The notes beneath the pieces are model-generated. The model worked only from the letters and a program-made list of their open reading frames with translations. It ran no database searches and was not told the origin of the DNA. A stretch of 64,000 bases of DNA from Flectonema sp. DT1601 (lineage: Eukaryota), in contig OZ025789.1 of the NCBI GenBank assembly GCA_964019425.1, positions 620,001 through 684,000 on the forward strand, given 5' to 3'. The position numbers and the translations under genes were made by a program. Below, in pieces: positions 1 to 12,275 of this stretch (the stretch's first letter is position 1; every line of letters starts with the position of its first letter).

Positions 1-489
1 CAGGGAATTGATCCTGCGACAGACTTTCGTGGAGGAGGTATTTTTTCACTTACAAACTTATTAGTGCTGAATGCAATTAACAGAACGTTGTTTGTTAAAG
101 TGCTGCAGTCTGAGATGCCGTTAGCGATTGCAGGAATTAACGTAACTATGATGTTGTTGCACTTATTGCAACTAACGAAACACAAAACTTGTTTTAGTAC
201 TTCTCACAACCCAAACACTGTCGCGGCACGGACGGCTAGGAAGAATTTTGTGAGGATACTACTGTCAGAATCATACAGCTCTTCGACGTCTGAGGAACGC
301 ATCAAAGAAATGGGTCGCGCTTTTGGAGAAGTATACTGTATTGCTTTTGAAAATTTATTTAATATTTGGAAAGAGGAAAACGGAAACATAATGAACTTTA
401 ATTCTATGCTTTTGAAGTGTAGGAACGCGATGGAAATAAAACTCCGGGTCTGTGTTTCAATTGATGAGCTAATGAGTATGGAAATGTGA
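1..489 (+). CDS. ELMO/CED-12 domain protein, 3' part (start lies upstream of the window)
   Basis: Frame 1 is open from base 1 and reads QGIDPATDFRGGG...MPLAIAGINVT, matching the ELMO-domain motifs QGxDPxTDFRG and PxAxxGINxT; stop at 487-489. Confidence 0.85.
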   Translation, partial: QGIDPATDFRGGGIFSLTNLLVLNAINRTLFVKVLQSEMPLAIAGINVTMMLLHLLQLTKHKTCFSTSHNPNTVAARTARKNFVRILLSESYSSSTSEERIKEMGRAFGEVYCIAFENLFNIWKEENGNIMNFNSMLLKCRNAMEIKLRVCVSIDELMSMEM

Positions 490-1472
490 ACAATTCCGCG
501 ACCACAGCGGACTTCTTTACGATTACATAGGACCGGTTGACGAGAATCAGACCTCCGATTGCCACTACTGTGGATAGTGTCATATTTAAATGACAATTTG
601 TTCACCAAGTCCCTATTTTCTGTGTGATGTTTTTTTTTTATCTTTACAATATCCAAAGCTTCTTTTTTTTTTTTCCCCCCTATCGCTTTTTTTTCTTTCT
701 TCACCCTGCCCCTGTCTGCTTTTCTTTCCATTCTAGCCAGGTTAGTTTTATTTTCATTTTTTTTTTTTCCTTTCTTTCTTCTTTTCCGAATCTTCTTAGA
801 AAGAAGGCAACAGGAGAACACAGAATTGTTAGATAGAGTATTGTTATGTCGTTTTTTTTTTTTTTTTTAAACCCGTTCCCATTTCCCCCTCCTGCCCTCC
901 ATTTCTTTTTCAGCCATTGCGATAGTTGTTCAGATGTTGTCTAATACCTATTCTATCTATTTGTGAGTGTGGTTACTCTTTTTTAACATACTACGCCAAG
1001 GCGGACAGTAAGCTGTTTATACCATAATTTCGTCCCATGTAATTGCCTCAGTATTTACTTTCCTAATAAAAGAGGAGTAAATCGGTTTTATGTAAAATCA
1101 TTAGTGGCAACTTCGAAAAAAAAAAAAAAAAAAACAACAAACAACAACCCACTTGAGTTGCCGAAAAAAAAAAAAAAAAAAAAAAACTGATAGAAAAAAA
1201 TAGAGGTAACGGGGGACAAAAAAAAAACACACTACCACCCAGCCTTGCAATCTTGAGGCATTCAGGGTGCTATAATAGACAACAGAATTATCGCCTTTTT
1301 TAGTGAGTGAGAGAAGCTTTTGCTTAGCCTCTCGAAGTTTAATACAATAACAAAAAGGCAAAACCCCGACAGGGCGGATTATTACACTAAAAACAGATGA
1401 TTGAAAAAAAAATTATGATTTTTTTTTTTAAATTCACAGCATCTGTACACACACACTGACACATGTTATATA

Positions 1473-2390
1473 ATGCCTAAGAGAACGCGACGTTCTCAAC
1501 CAACCAATGAAGAGTTGAAGACTTGGGGAGCTGATAAGCAAATCGACTTCGATGAAACGGAGAAATTAACTTCCAGTAGGATCGCAACGTTTACGATAGC
1601 TGTTTATGTTTTTGGTCAGGCTATTGGTGTGTGGGTTGTTATTACGAGGCAGAATTCGTTGTCTTTGTCTGCGAAGAAAGGTGACTATCAACTATCAGTT
1701 TTATTTACTGCCCTGACAATCTTGACTGACTCGGTGTACTACTCCATGATTAATGGTGATCCTGGAAGATTACTGCGAGAGGACCAAATGAGTCTCGAAA
1801 TTAATTCCGAAGTCGCTTCATTAATGAATAACGCAGAACAACACTTATCTGATGACCTACGAGATGCTCAAAACTGTAAATATTGTCGCACAACTAGATT
1901 ACTACGAGCCAAACACTGCCACCAATGTGGATGTTGCGTAGCAAGGTTCGACCATCATTGCTATTGGATATATAATTGTGTTGGAGCAAAGAATCATTGT
2001 CGATTTTTTATTTTACTCATCTTGTTGTCAATAAATTTGGGTTGGGGTAATTACCTAGTTTGGGAATCTTTTGTAGCACCCCCTCCAAATTCATCCCAAA
2101 CAGAAGTCAACATAAACTCTGCTCGCAACTTCGTTCCATTTATCGCATCCGTGTTGGGAATGCCGATGTGGTTTTTTATTATGTTGGTATTTTCTTGTCA
2201 TGTTTTTTTAATTTTTTCAAGTGTAACGACTTGGGAATTTGTAAAACGAAGTAAAATACCGTATCTTAAATCACTTCCCGACGATGTGAATCCTTGGGAT
2301 AAAGGCTACTGGGGTAACCTCGTTTCATTTTGCTTTTCAAGAAGAATGGATTGGAGGTTGCCTGCTCAGTATTTCCACAGCCCTGTCTGA
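1473..2390 (+). CDS. DHHC-type palmitoyltransferase
   Basis: CKYC...RAKHCHQCGCCVARFDHHCYWIYNCVGAKNH cysteine-rich domain, DPG, TTWE and NPWDKG motifs, four hydrophobic segments. Confidence 0.95.
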   Translation: MPKRTRRSQPTNEELKTWGADKQIDFDETEKLTSSRIATFTIAVYVFGQAIGVWVVITRQNSLSLSAKKGDYQLSVLFTALTILTDSVYYSMINGDPGRLLREDQMSLEINSEVASLMNNAEQHLSDDLRDAQNCKYCRTTRLLRAKHCHQCGCCVARFDHHCYWIYNCVGAKNHCRFFILLILLSINLGWGNYLVWESFVAPPPNSSQTEVNINSARNFVPFIASVLGMPMWFFIMLVFSCHVFLIFSSVTTWEFVKRSKIPYLKSLPDDVNPWDKGYWGNLVSFCFSRRMDWRLPAQYFHSPV

Positions 2391-2551
2391 GATGTTGTCA
2401 ACCAGAAATATAACATACCTACCATAATAGAACAGTGCTATAATCTTTATTAAATGAATTTTTTTTTTTAAAAAATTATTTTTTTTTCACAAAACAGTTT
2501 CTTAAAAAACAAAAAAAACCACACACCAAACACTTAAAAAAAACAACAACA

Positions 2552-3340
2552 ATGACATCTCTGAGAGTTTGTAGCATAAATGTGTTATTCGAGGCCTATT
2601 ATCAAAAATATTGCAAAGCGGATGTCATGAAGACGGCTGATCGTTTCGCAGCATTCAAACAATGGGCAGAAGAGAAGATTCTCGACTATGACTACATTGC
2701 TATGCAAGAATGGCCTTATAGCGGTGTAACTGCTGAACAATGGAATGGATTATTAAATCATTTTCAAGAGAAAGCTGGTCTTCAAGTATTGTATCATATT
2801 GCTTGCAACCAAGCTGGCGTTACTTCGTTAGTTTCTCGTGATTGCGAAGTTTTAAACCACCGAGTCCATTCCTTAGGACGCGGTAAAAGTTATTCCTGTA
2901 CAGTTATAAAGAAGAATGGTGTTGTTGTAGGTTTGATAAACGCACATGTTCCGTGGGCACCTAATAAGGAATTTGCTTTTCAGAGCGTGTCAAAGATTTT
3001 TGAAAACATAAGTGACTGCACTCCTCATTGGATCGCTGTTGGAGATTGGAATGTTGAGGCGATCAGTGATCAAGACGTTGATAGGTTTAAAGAGATTGCG
3101 ATTCCAAAAGGATTTGTTGAATTGTCATCGGAATTTCCAAAAACTTGCGCTTCTGATTCTGGTCTTTCAAAAATTGATTACATCGTCACATCTCCATCTG
3201 TAGAAGTATTGACGTCTAACAGCTACCCGGACGTAAAACATGCGATTAAACACTCAGATAGGTACGAAAGACCTCATTATTCTTCTTTGTGGTTTTCTGA
3301 TCACGTGGCTGTTGAAGCCGAAGTAAAAATACCAAACTAG
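2552..3340 (+). CDS. Endonuclease/exonuclease/phosphatase (EEP) superfamily protein
   Basis: Ordered EEP motifs SINV, AMQE, NAH, GDWN, KIDYI, SDH. Confidence 0.85.
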   Translation: MTSLRVCSINVLFEAYYQKYCKADVMKTADRFAAFKQWAEEKILDYDYIAMQEWPYSGVTAEQWNGLLNHFQEKAGLQVLYHIACNQAGVTSLVSRDCEVLNHRVHSLGRGKSYSCTVIKKNGVVVGLINAHVPWAPNKEFAFQSVSKIFENISDCTPHWIAVGDWNVEAISDQDVDRFKEIAIPKGFVELSSEFPKTCASDSGLSKIDYIVTSPSVEVLTSNSYPDVKHAIKHSDRYERPHYSSLWFSDHVAVEAEVKIPN

Positions 3341-3637
3341 TTACTTTAAATTAATTGCAAAAGAGAGTGGAGGATCACTCTTTTTTTTTTTCTTTTTTTC
3401 TTCTTCCTCTCACTTAGTTGAAAACAATATGTAAGTTGTACTACGTTTTCACACACTTTTTCCCACGACACGTTTCTAACCCAAAGCTGGAGTTGTGCCC
3501 CCCCCGAGCACACATCGCTTTTGATTTTCTTTTAGAGTGAGTTGCCTCTACGTTGTTTTTTATCATATTTGTTCTCATTCAGCATTTAACAGTTCAAAGA
3601 AAACATATGAGAAATTAATAAAAAAAAAAGGTACTCC

Positions 3638-4561
3638 ATGACTGCAATGACTGTACAACTATTCTCATTATTAATTATAGGAATCGCCTTTGGTTTAATT
3701 GGAGTATACGTTCAAACTGAACCTGTGGAAATAAAAGTTTGTTCTGTGAATGTTCTACATGAGAAATATTACTCTAAGTACAGCACTGTACAGAGAATGA
3801 ATCCGGCAGTGAGACTTGACTTGTTTGAGGAATGGTTAACGAGAGAGGGTTCGTTATTGGATATTATTGCAATGCAGGAATTTCCATATCCAGAAACAGA
3901 ATACAACAATCAAGATTGGATTATCACTGTTGAGAAATGGTCGAAAACATACAACAAAACAATACTAAGAGATCCCAAAGTATCTAGTGTTGGGTTACTA
4001 CTTATAATATCTAATAACATTAAGGTAGTCGAGCACAACTCTTATTCGTTTCCAGATAGCGGGAAATCAAAACGATATTCACACACTACGATAAGGTTGT
4101 CTGGTAAAGAAATTCTTGTAATCAACGCACATGTACCTTGGAATTCTAATCCAACTGAATCTCATAAATTTATAAGAAATATGATTCCACAATCAACACT
4201 TGTTATCGCGTTAGGTGATTGGAATACGGAATTGAGTACTTCCAAAGACAAGTTTGCAGCTCTTCCAGGTATGTGTTTTGAACCAATGCAGTGAGGCAAT
4301 CATATCCTTTAAGTCAAACCAACTAAATAAACAGCTTCCTTTACCGATGTTACTTCAGAAGTAGGGTCAACTTGCATCTCTCCGACTGGCATTAGTCAGA
4401 GACTAGACTACATAACAATCGGAGAAGGTATTAAAGGATCTGACTGTGAGGTGTTTCCGAAGAGTTTATCTTCAGCGATAAAACACTCTGGAACTCCTCC
4501 TCATTATGATAATTGGTTTTCTGATCATCTTTCTGTGAAGGCAGTACTCTCTATTAGGTAG
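3638..4561 (+). CDS. EEP superfamily paralog with N-terminal signal/anchor; one intron (4269-4334)
   Basis: SVNV, AMQE, NAHVPW, GDWN in exon 1. Removing the GTATGT...AAACAG intron restores the frame to RLDYI and WFSDH, stop at 4559-4561. Confidence 0.85.
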
Positions 4562-4858
4562 TTAAATAATCTTCACATGTCTTGTCCTTTCAAACCTTCT
4601 CTTCTATGCTGGTTTTCAAGTCGCTCATCTTTTGATGAGAAAATATTGAAAAAAACGTTTGAAACTTCGAATAGACATCGAGGTTTCGAACTACCAGTTG
4701 TGTACTTCATTCGAATTTAAGATTTGAATAACATAACATCTATCAATTACAGGAACACTACAGTAATGTGAATGGGATAACTGGCTTGTAGTAGACAGTG
4801 ATCACTGATTACTTTTTCACTTATCTTTTTTACAATACTCAGAGTATAATCAAGAACC

Positions 4859-6613
4859 ATGTCTTTGTGGAAAACAGCTGCGAGAAAGCTGTTCGGCAGC
4901 GATGATTTGGATGATATATTCGCTTACAAAACAGTTCGAATGGTGATCATAAGAGATAGAAGGCTTGGTCTACTCAGTACCTTGTGTATGTTTGGAATTG
5001 TAGTTTTCGTGGTACTTCAATTAGCCATGAATGGTACCTATTTAACCGTAACACCTGTATCAGGTACAAGTAGGTATTTGTTGGTACAGCCAACAAGCAC
5101 ATGTACTTTTAAAGAAAGAGAAGAAGGTAAGACAGGCTGTACTGAATGTGATCCAAACCAAGATAATTGCTATGATAAATTTCCGAGAGTTCAAAATCTT
5201 CCTTATTGTAATCAATCGACTCTTCCATTTCAACGAACTCGAGTAATGTGTCGATTCCAAGAGAGCGCTGCAGTTCAAGCTGTTTTTCAATCTTCAATGC
5301 TCGTAGCAACAATGGGTCAAGAGATTAATCAAACAAAAGAATGCTCTGCCGACCCTGACGCAGGAGGTCTGTATCACAATGGTACTTGTGATAGGGTTTA
5401 TAAAAAGAATGAGCAGGGATCTGATATTTTCTTCTTCGCTGATGTTGAGAAATTTACGATTGGAATATTTCATTCTTTGGCATCACCGGTTGTTAGAAGT
5501 GGTACGCAAATGACTGGAGGATTACACATCACACGTTCGAACAGATTGTGTACTTATGAAAACGGGGCAATTGATAATTTCCCTTATGGAAAACCAACAG
5601 ACTCAGCTCCTTGTTGGATCACTCCAAATAAGACACAAGAAGGTATCGATGAATTTACTCTTGAGATCTTATTAGAAGCTGCTGGAATTAATCTTGACGA
5701 TGACAGTTACGCCGGTTCTAATACAACATTAAGAGAAGACGGAACTAGTATTGCAGTCAATATAAAATATAGTAATTGGAATAATTGGCAGGTTGTAGGG
5801 TTTACATATGTCGAACCTCGGTATGAATACGAAGTAGTGTCGCTTAAAAATAATAGTTTTCATCATACTGAGGCCATCTACGATAATTATCCTTCAACAA
5901 GAACTCTTCTAAAGAGATGGGGAATACGTTTCGTGTCTGTACAGAGTGGTAATCTGAGAGAGTTTTCGATAATGGAATTTTTAATCACGCTGACGACCTC
6001 ATTAACGCTTGTGACTGTGACTACGGTGGTGGTTGACATTATTGCAACCAGCGTAATGACTGATAGTAGTTTGTACAAGGATTATAAAATGTGTGTCACT
6101 CCCGACATCTCTGAGGTTCGTGATGGAAGACGCTGTGCTACTTGCAATAACGAACTCCACGACGTGTACTCAGATGAAGCTCATGGTGGATATTGCGGAA
6201 TATGTGAAGGTGATTTCGTAACCGGAACAAGACTATTTAGGTGTATTAGATGTGGGCACGATCGATGCGAAGACTGCCTTCTATGCAGCACTACAAACAA
6301 ACCTCCTGCGACCAACATCGCTTCAACCATTCTAGACTTGTATGACACTGAGAAGAAGGGAAGTCTTTCTTATGATCAATTTATAAGATTTGTTTTGGAT
6401 GTCGCTGGTTCTGGTGCTCAGATTCCAACTCGAGTAGAATACAACAGCAGCTATTTATCAAACTATCTCAGGGAACTTACTTCTGAGGAACGTGACAAGG
6501 CTCGTTCTATTCTTAATAAAAAAAGACTTCTCAGAATGGGAAGTCTGAACATTCATGAAGACGATATGCTGACTCTCGATAAATTCGAAACAGAAACAGA
6601 CACTTTAATGTAA
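4859..6613 (+). CDS. P2X receptor-like cation channel with C-terminal Cys-rich finger and EF-hand-like motif
   Basis: N-terminal FAYKTVRMVIIRDRRLG plus TM1, Cys-rich ectodomain, RTLLKRWGIRF before TM2 ending VVVDII, and YxxxK (YKDYK). Confidence 0.8.
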   Translation: MSLWKTAARKLFGSDDLDDIFAYKTVRMVIIRDRRLGLLSTLCMFGIVVFVVLQLAMNGTYLTVTPVSGTSRYLLVQPTSTCTFKEREEGKTGCTECDPNQDNCYDKFPRVQNLPYCNQSTLPFQRTRVMCRFQESAAVQAVFQSSMLVATMGQEINQTKECSADPDAGGLYHNGTCDRVYKKNEQGSDIFFFADVEKFTIGIFHSLASPVVRSGTQMTGGLHITRSNRLCTYENGAIDNFPYGKPTDSAPCWITPNKTQEGIDEFTLEILLEAAGINLDDDSYAGSNTTLREDGTSIAVNIKYSNWNNWQVVGFTYVEPRYEYEVVSLKNNSFHHTEAIYDNYPSTRTLLKRWGIRFVSVQSGNLREFSIMEFLITLTTSLTLVTVTTVVVDIIATSVMTDSSLYKDYKMCVTPDISEVRDGRRCATCNNELHDVYSDEAHGGYCGICEGDFVTGTRLFRCIRCGHDRCEDCLLCSTTNKPPATNIASTILDLYDTEKKGSLSYDQFIRFVLDVAGSGAQIPTRVEYNSSYLSNYLRELTSEERDKARSILNKKRLLRMGSLNIHEDDMLTLDKFETETDTLM

Positions 6614-7570
6614 TTAAAAATAGTCTAATTAGTATTTCAATGACGATAGCTGAACGAGGTCTACCCGCGAAGCAAGAGTCTTGTTTCGTCTGGAATGACG
6701 CAGTTTGTTAACTACTGTTAAGGTATATCAACCTTTAACAGACTACCTATTTAGGCAACACTTTGGTGTGTTGCTTAAATTCTTACGATGATTCATTGTA
6801 CATGGTTTTATAAACTACTGAGAATGAAACAGATAACCTACACAGCGGGGATTGGGGGGGGAAAGAAGAAAAAAAAAAAAAAAAAAAAAAATTAGATTTT
6901 TAAAAAATTAATTTTTTTTTTACTGACTTGAACGAAAAAAAAAAACTTTTCTGATTAACCACAAAGACACACTACAGAAGGCTTGTACTTGGCTTACACT
7001 TTTAAAGACTACTGGTTTTTGTCAGATAGAATTGGCATGTGTTTTCTTCCCCAGTACGATTCTGAAAGATTCTTTTCCGCAAAGTTACTGTTATATTTTT
7101 TTAATTTTAAATAATATTATTTTTTTTGTAGCCTCTTTAACTTATTCTGTCATAATTCAAACCCTTGCTCGAGAGACCCAGTTTGAATCTCAGAGGTGTT
7201 GACGATGACAACAATTAAAGGAAAATGATGGCCACCTACCTGACCGATTAATTCAACCTAAAATCAGATCTAAAACTGACAGTCTCACTTTAGGTTCTAT
7301 TCGTGTTTCCTAAACTTTGTAGTACTTCTTTTTTAAATTCGGTTAAGCCCTTTGCAATGTTAATGGGGCAATTAGGTGTGAACGTGTTCCAGGTTTTTTA
7401 TTTTTCTTTCGTGGTTTGACGGACATTTTGCCAAAGATATTTTTTTTTTTTTTTTTTTTTTGTATCTACTCTACTCTAATCATTTCTTTTTTTTTTCTTA
7501 TTTTCAACAAAGTCGGTCTCCGTGATCTGTAGCTGAAAATTGATCCTCCCAGCCGATTGGAGTCAACTAT

Positions 7571-7710
7571 CTGACTAAAACTTGAAAATACAGACTTAAG
7601 TTCTGAAACTACGCATTCCACGATGTTAAATGGAGCGAGCCGTAGTCCAATGTGTGTTAATTTTATTTAGTTTTTCTTTTTGATTTAGTGCACTATTTTT
7701 ATAAACAAAA
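7571..7710 (+). repeat. Degenerate relative of the retroelement terminal repeat (hammerhead remnant)
   Basis: CTGAAACTACGCATTCCAC (from 7603), CAATGTGT and TTTAGTGCACT...TTTATAA are collinear with 51767-51870; the core CTGA is decayed. Confidence 0.55.
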
Positions 7711-7797
7711 TCTGATGTTCAAGTCAACAAACGAATCTTCTTTCATCATGTCTCAATTGAGATCTGCCTTTGTCTGTTTTGGAGAGCTTCGGAGGGG

Positions 7798-7831
<34 letters not shown>

Positions 7832-8050
7832 CCTGTGTGTTTTATGTTATTGCTTGGAAAAAATTGTGAAAAACAGAGGGGAAAACAAAGAACAATTAAA
7901 AAAAAAAAAAAAAAAAATTGCAACAAGTTCTTTGTTTCTTCTAGTTTCAGGTACTAAGGATTTTATTTGTTCTATAAAAAAATGATCACCAAATATTTTT
8001 AATTATGTTCCTTTGTTTCAATACAGACTTTATCAACTGTACTAAATAAA

Positions 8051-10052
8051 ATGGCTCAAATTCAGCCTCAGATTGTGTTGTTGAGAGATGGTACTGACAC
8101 TTCTCAGGGTATAGGTCAGTTAATTAGTAACATCAATGCTTGTATGACTGTTGTTGATACTATTAAGACTACTTTAGGTCCTCGTGGACTTGATAAGTTG
8201 ATTCAAGCTAAGAACGAGACTACCATCTCCAACGATGGAGCTACCGTAATGAAATGCCTTGACATTCAACACCCAGCTGCAAAGACACTTATTGAAATCG
8301 CAAAGGCACAGGATGCTGAGGTTGGTGATGGTACCACATCCGTCGTTGTCCTTGCTGGTGAATTCTTAAGAGAAGCAAAGCAATTTGTTGAAGATGGACT
8401 TCACCCTCAGATCATCATCAGAGCCTTTAGAGAAGCTTGTGAGTACGCTGTTAATCACATCGCTAAAATTGCCGTCCCAATCGGTGACGGTCAGACTGAA
8501 CGGGATGTTCTTATCAAGTGCGCACAGACCGCACTTAACTCAAAAATCATCAACCACGACAAAGGATTCTTCGCAAAGATGGCAGTTACCGCTGTTGAAT
8601 CTATTGGAGAAGATATGAACCTCAACAACATTGGTGTTAAAAAGGTCCAGGGTGGATCAATGACCGACTCCCAGCTCATCGACGGTGTCGCTTTCCTTAA
8701 GACTTTCAGTTACGCTGGATTTGAGCAGCAGCCAAAGTCATTTGCTGCTCCAACAATTCTGCTTTTGAACGTGGAATTAGAGCTTAAGGCTGAAAAGGAC
8801 AACGCTGAAATCCGTGTCAAGAACCCTGAGCAATACCAGGCAATTGTTGATGCCGAATGGAAAATTATCTACGACAAACTTGAGAAGTGCGTCGAAACCG
8901 GAGCAAAGGTTTGTTATTCTTTTTTTCCCCCCAAGTTGCTCTCCATATATTAATATCAAGTAGCCTCCCTTCTTGAGTTCCACGTTGTTGTACAGACTTT
9001 TATAAATAAAACAAACCAGGTTGTCCTTTCAAAGCTCCCAATTGGTGATCTCGCCACCCAATACTTCGCTGATAGACAAATCTTCTGTGCCGGCAGAGTT
9101 CCGCTTGATGACATGAAGCGGTATGTTTCTTAATTAACTTATTTAGTTTATTGTTTCTAAGTAACAGCATCCAATAATAATAAAACAGTGTCGCCAAGTC
9201 ATGTGGAGGAGCCATTCAAACCAGCGTTAACAAAATCACTCCTGACAACTTAGGAACTTGTGAAACCTTCGAAGAAAAGCAGATAGGTAACGAGAGATAT
9301 AACTTTTTCCACAAGGGATCAGCAGCACAGAGTGTCACTATTTTGTTAAGAGGTGGAGCTGAACACTTTATTGATGAGGCCGAGAGATCCCTTCACGATG
9401 CTCTTTGCATTGTTAAGAGAGCTAAGCACAACACTACCGTTGTTGTATGTCGTTTAACTATTTTTTTTTAAAAAAAAAGTTTCTTTTTATTCTTGAATTT
9501 CGAATTTAATCATTGTTCGGAGAGAATGTTTCTAAATAATACAAACAGGCTGGAGGAGGTGCTATCGAGATGGAACTCAGCAAGCAGCTTCGTGACTTCG
9601 CCCACAGCATTAAGGGAAAGCCACAAGTAATCGTAAACAGCTTTGCCAGAGCTCTTGAAGTGATCCCACGTTTGGTAGCAGATAACGCTGGTTTCGATTC
9701 TACTGAAATCTTGAACAAGTTGAGACAGAAGCACTACACAGCAGAGACTGAGAACAGCAAGTGGTTTGGTGTTGATATTGTCAACGAAGACGTCTGTGAT
9801 ACCTTCGCAGCATCAGTATTAGAACCTTCGATTGTTAAGAAAAACGCTCTCAGATCTGCAACTGAAGCAGCCTGTTTGATTTTGTCAATTGACGAGACTG
9901 TCAAGAACCCAGAATCAGAACAAGCCCAGGCCCAAGGAGGTAGACCTCACCCTGCTGGTGGAGGTTCCATGAGCCAACAAGGAATGAAGGGAATGATGCA
10001 ACAAATGGGAGGCCGTGGTGTCAAAACCATGAAAGGAATGGGTGGCCGATAG
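8051..10052 (+). CDS. CCT7: T-complex protein 1 subunit eta; introns 8909-9019, 9121-9188, 9445-9548
   Basis: [44 protein letters not shown] and a GGR-rich tail; three GT-AG introns join the ORF pieces in frame. Confidence 0.95.
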
Positions 10053-11018
10053 GTATTTTAGTATCCTGCTCTTCATCTTTTCAGTTTAGCACACTAGAAC
10101 GAAATAACTGCCCAATAACGAAGAATTGTATCAAGTGTGTTGATCCTAGTCCCCATCCCCCGATATCTTTTCCTTTCTCTTGGTTAATTACTTAGCACGA
10201 AGAGTGCCGTGTAGGTGCTACGTGGTTACATAATCCCTTAGAATTTCCCTCCCCATGCCCCCTATCCTAAGCTGTTTCCCTTGCCACGCCTTGCAGGTCG
10301 TTAGTTTTTATTTTTTTTTTTTGTTTCTTTTTTTTTTTTCTATTTTTATTTTTTTTGTTTTTGTTTGTTTAAGTGTCGGCCTTGCTAGAACGAACCTGGC
10401 ACGTATGTGGTCAAAAAAAAAAAGAGTAAAAAGGCACGAAACCACGGAAAAAAAAAGAAAAAATTAGTTTTCATCAGCAAGAAGGGGCACACGAAGGAAA
10501 AGAAATAAAGAATTGTAGGGAGGCAAAAAAGGAAAAACAAAAAAAAACCCCCCGAGTACGAAAAAAAAAAAAATGTCACGGAAAATTATTAGATTCTGAG
10601 GTGGCGGCCAACTGTCCTGCTGCGTTTAATTTAATGGAAGGAAAAAAAAAAAAAAAAAATGAAGAAAAAAAAAAAAAAAATAACGAAACAAAACCATAAA
10701 CCGCTTGCGGGTATGTTGAAATAACAAAAAAAAAAAAAAAAAAGAAAAAAAAAATTAAATAATAAAAGAGAACCCCAACGAGCAGAATGAGAACCTTAGT
10801 TTAATTAAATTAAATAAAATAAAAAAAAACAAAGAAGAGGTTATCCCTGCAGTGCAAGCCATCGTGACAGCCATCACAAAGAATGTTAAGAATAATTGTA
10901 GTGTCATAGTTTTAATCATTGTTTTCATTCTTTATTCCAGATTACAATTTAATGATTATGAAGAGTAAAAGGTTTCGGTTATCCTATTTCATCCATTAGG
11001 GTGATACATAAAACAACT

Positions 11019-12275
11019 ATGCAATTGCTACTCGCTGGTGGGGTAGTTGCCCTGTTAGTATTCTTAGCTGTCGTGCACTACGTGATAAGAGATGGAGATT
11101 TTATGAAAATATTGCAAGTCGTAGTTTTCATTGATCTTTTTGGAGTGGCATTGGTACTGCCATTGATGTTTAAATTCGCAACTGCATTGGGAGCGGATGC
11201 AAAAAGCTACGGATTGCTTGGGACAATATTCGCAGGAGCGCAATTGCTCGGATCACCTTTTATGGGTTGGCTTAGTGACAGGTATGGAAGAAAGACAGCT
11301 CTTTTGATTAATTTCACGGGAGCAGCTGGTTCCTACTTGGCATCTGCATTTGCTCCTACATTTTTATTATTATGTCTTGCAAGGATACCCGTTGGGATTG
11401 TCAAACAGACAATGATGATAAGCGCAGCATATGCCGCTCAACTAACTCCAGCAAAACAACGTTCTGCTTCCATCGGTCGATTGCGTAGTATGGTTTCCTT
11501 AGCTTTTGTTTTGGGACCAACAGTCGGAGGATTCATCGCTTCTGAGGTCGACTTAAAGGCTCCGGCAATTATCTCTGCTGGATTGTTTCTCGTTGATTTT
11601 TTAATAGTTCTGCTGTACCTTCCAGATATAAAGGTCGTTGCTGGGAATGAAGGTCCAGTTGGTAAGAAACCATCACTCATTGCAAAGATAAAGTCTGCTG
11701 CAAAGCATCCACAGCTTCGATTAATTTTAACTTCGTGCGTGTTAATGGAATTTGGAGGTCGACTCAACCGAAGTTCTCTTCCAGTCCTAACTGAGTCGTT
11801 AGATCTTGGGGCTGGAGCGACTGGGATAGTGTGGAGTACTTTAGCAACAGTTACTACTTTATCAGGCGTGGCAATCGGACCATTGTTAAAGAGATTCTCA
11901 CTTACAGATCACTTAGCAACGTTGTATGCAATTCCTGTTGCTTGTGTTGCAGTTTTTATATGGGCACTTGTTCCAAGTGTGTTTGCATTCTTCATGACGT
12001 ACACAATTTATGTGTCATCTAAACTCGTAGTTGAGACTTGTTTCTCTTCTATGTTGACACATACAGTTTCACAAGATCAGGTGGGTGCTACTCTCGGAAC
12101 ACTCGACTCTCTAAATTCTATGATTGGTCTCGTTGTTCCATTGTTGTCAGGGTATCTCGCTGAAGAAAGCCCCTCGTATCCATCTCTACTTGCAGTATTG
12201 TTTACCATAATGGCATATATACCTATGAGATACTATTCTGGAAGTGAGCACGTTGTTGGCGAAAAAACCGATTAA
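11019..12275 (+). CDS. Major facilitator superfamily transporter (DHA1/TetA-like)
   Basis: Motif A GWLSDRYGRK, motif C-like LGPTVGG, about 12 hydrophobic segments. Confidence 0.9.
   Translation: MQLLLAGGVVALLVFLAVVHYVIRDGDFMKILQVVVFIDLFGVALVLPLMFKFATALGADAKSYGLLGTIFAGAQLLGSPFMGWLSDRYGRKTALLINFTGAAGSYLASAFAPTFLLLCLARIPVGIVKQTMMISAAYAAQLTPAKQRSASIGRLRSMVSLAFVLGPTVGGFIASEVDLKAPAIISAGLFLVDFLIVLLYLPDIKVVAGNEGPVGKKPSLIAKIKSAAKHPQLRLILTSCVLMEFGGRLNRSSLPVLTESLDLGAGATGIVWSTLATVTTLSGVAIGPLLKRFSLTDHLATLYAIPVACVAVFIWALVPSVFAFFMTYTIYVSSKLVVETCFSSMLTHTVSQDQVGATLGTLDSLNSMIGLVVPLLSGYLAEESPSYPSLLAVLFTIMAYIPMRYYSGSEHVVGEKTD

Noticed and set aside
204..1361. Poly-Lys/poly-Phe ORFs here and in other spacers, and short antisense ORFs inside genes
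   Set aside because: Products of A/T homopolymer tracts or shadows of real + strand genes.
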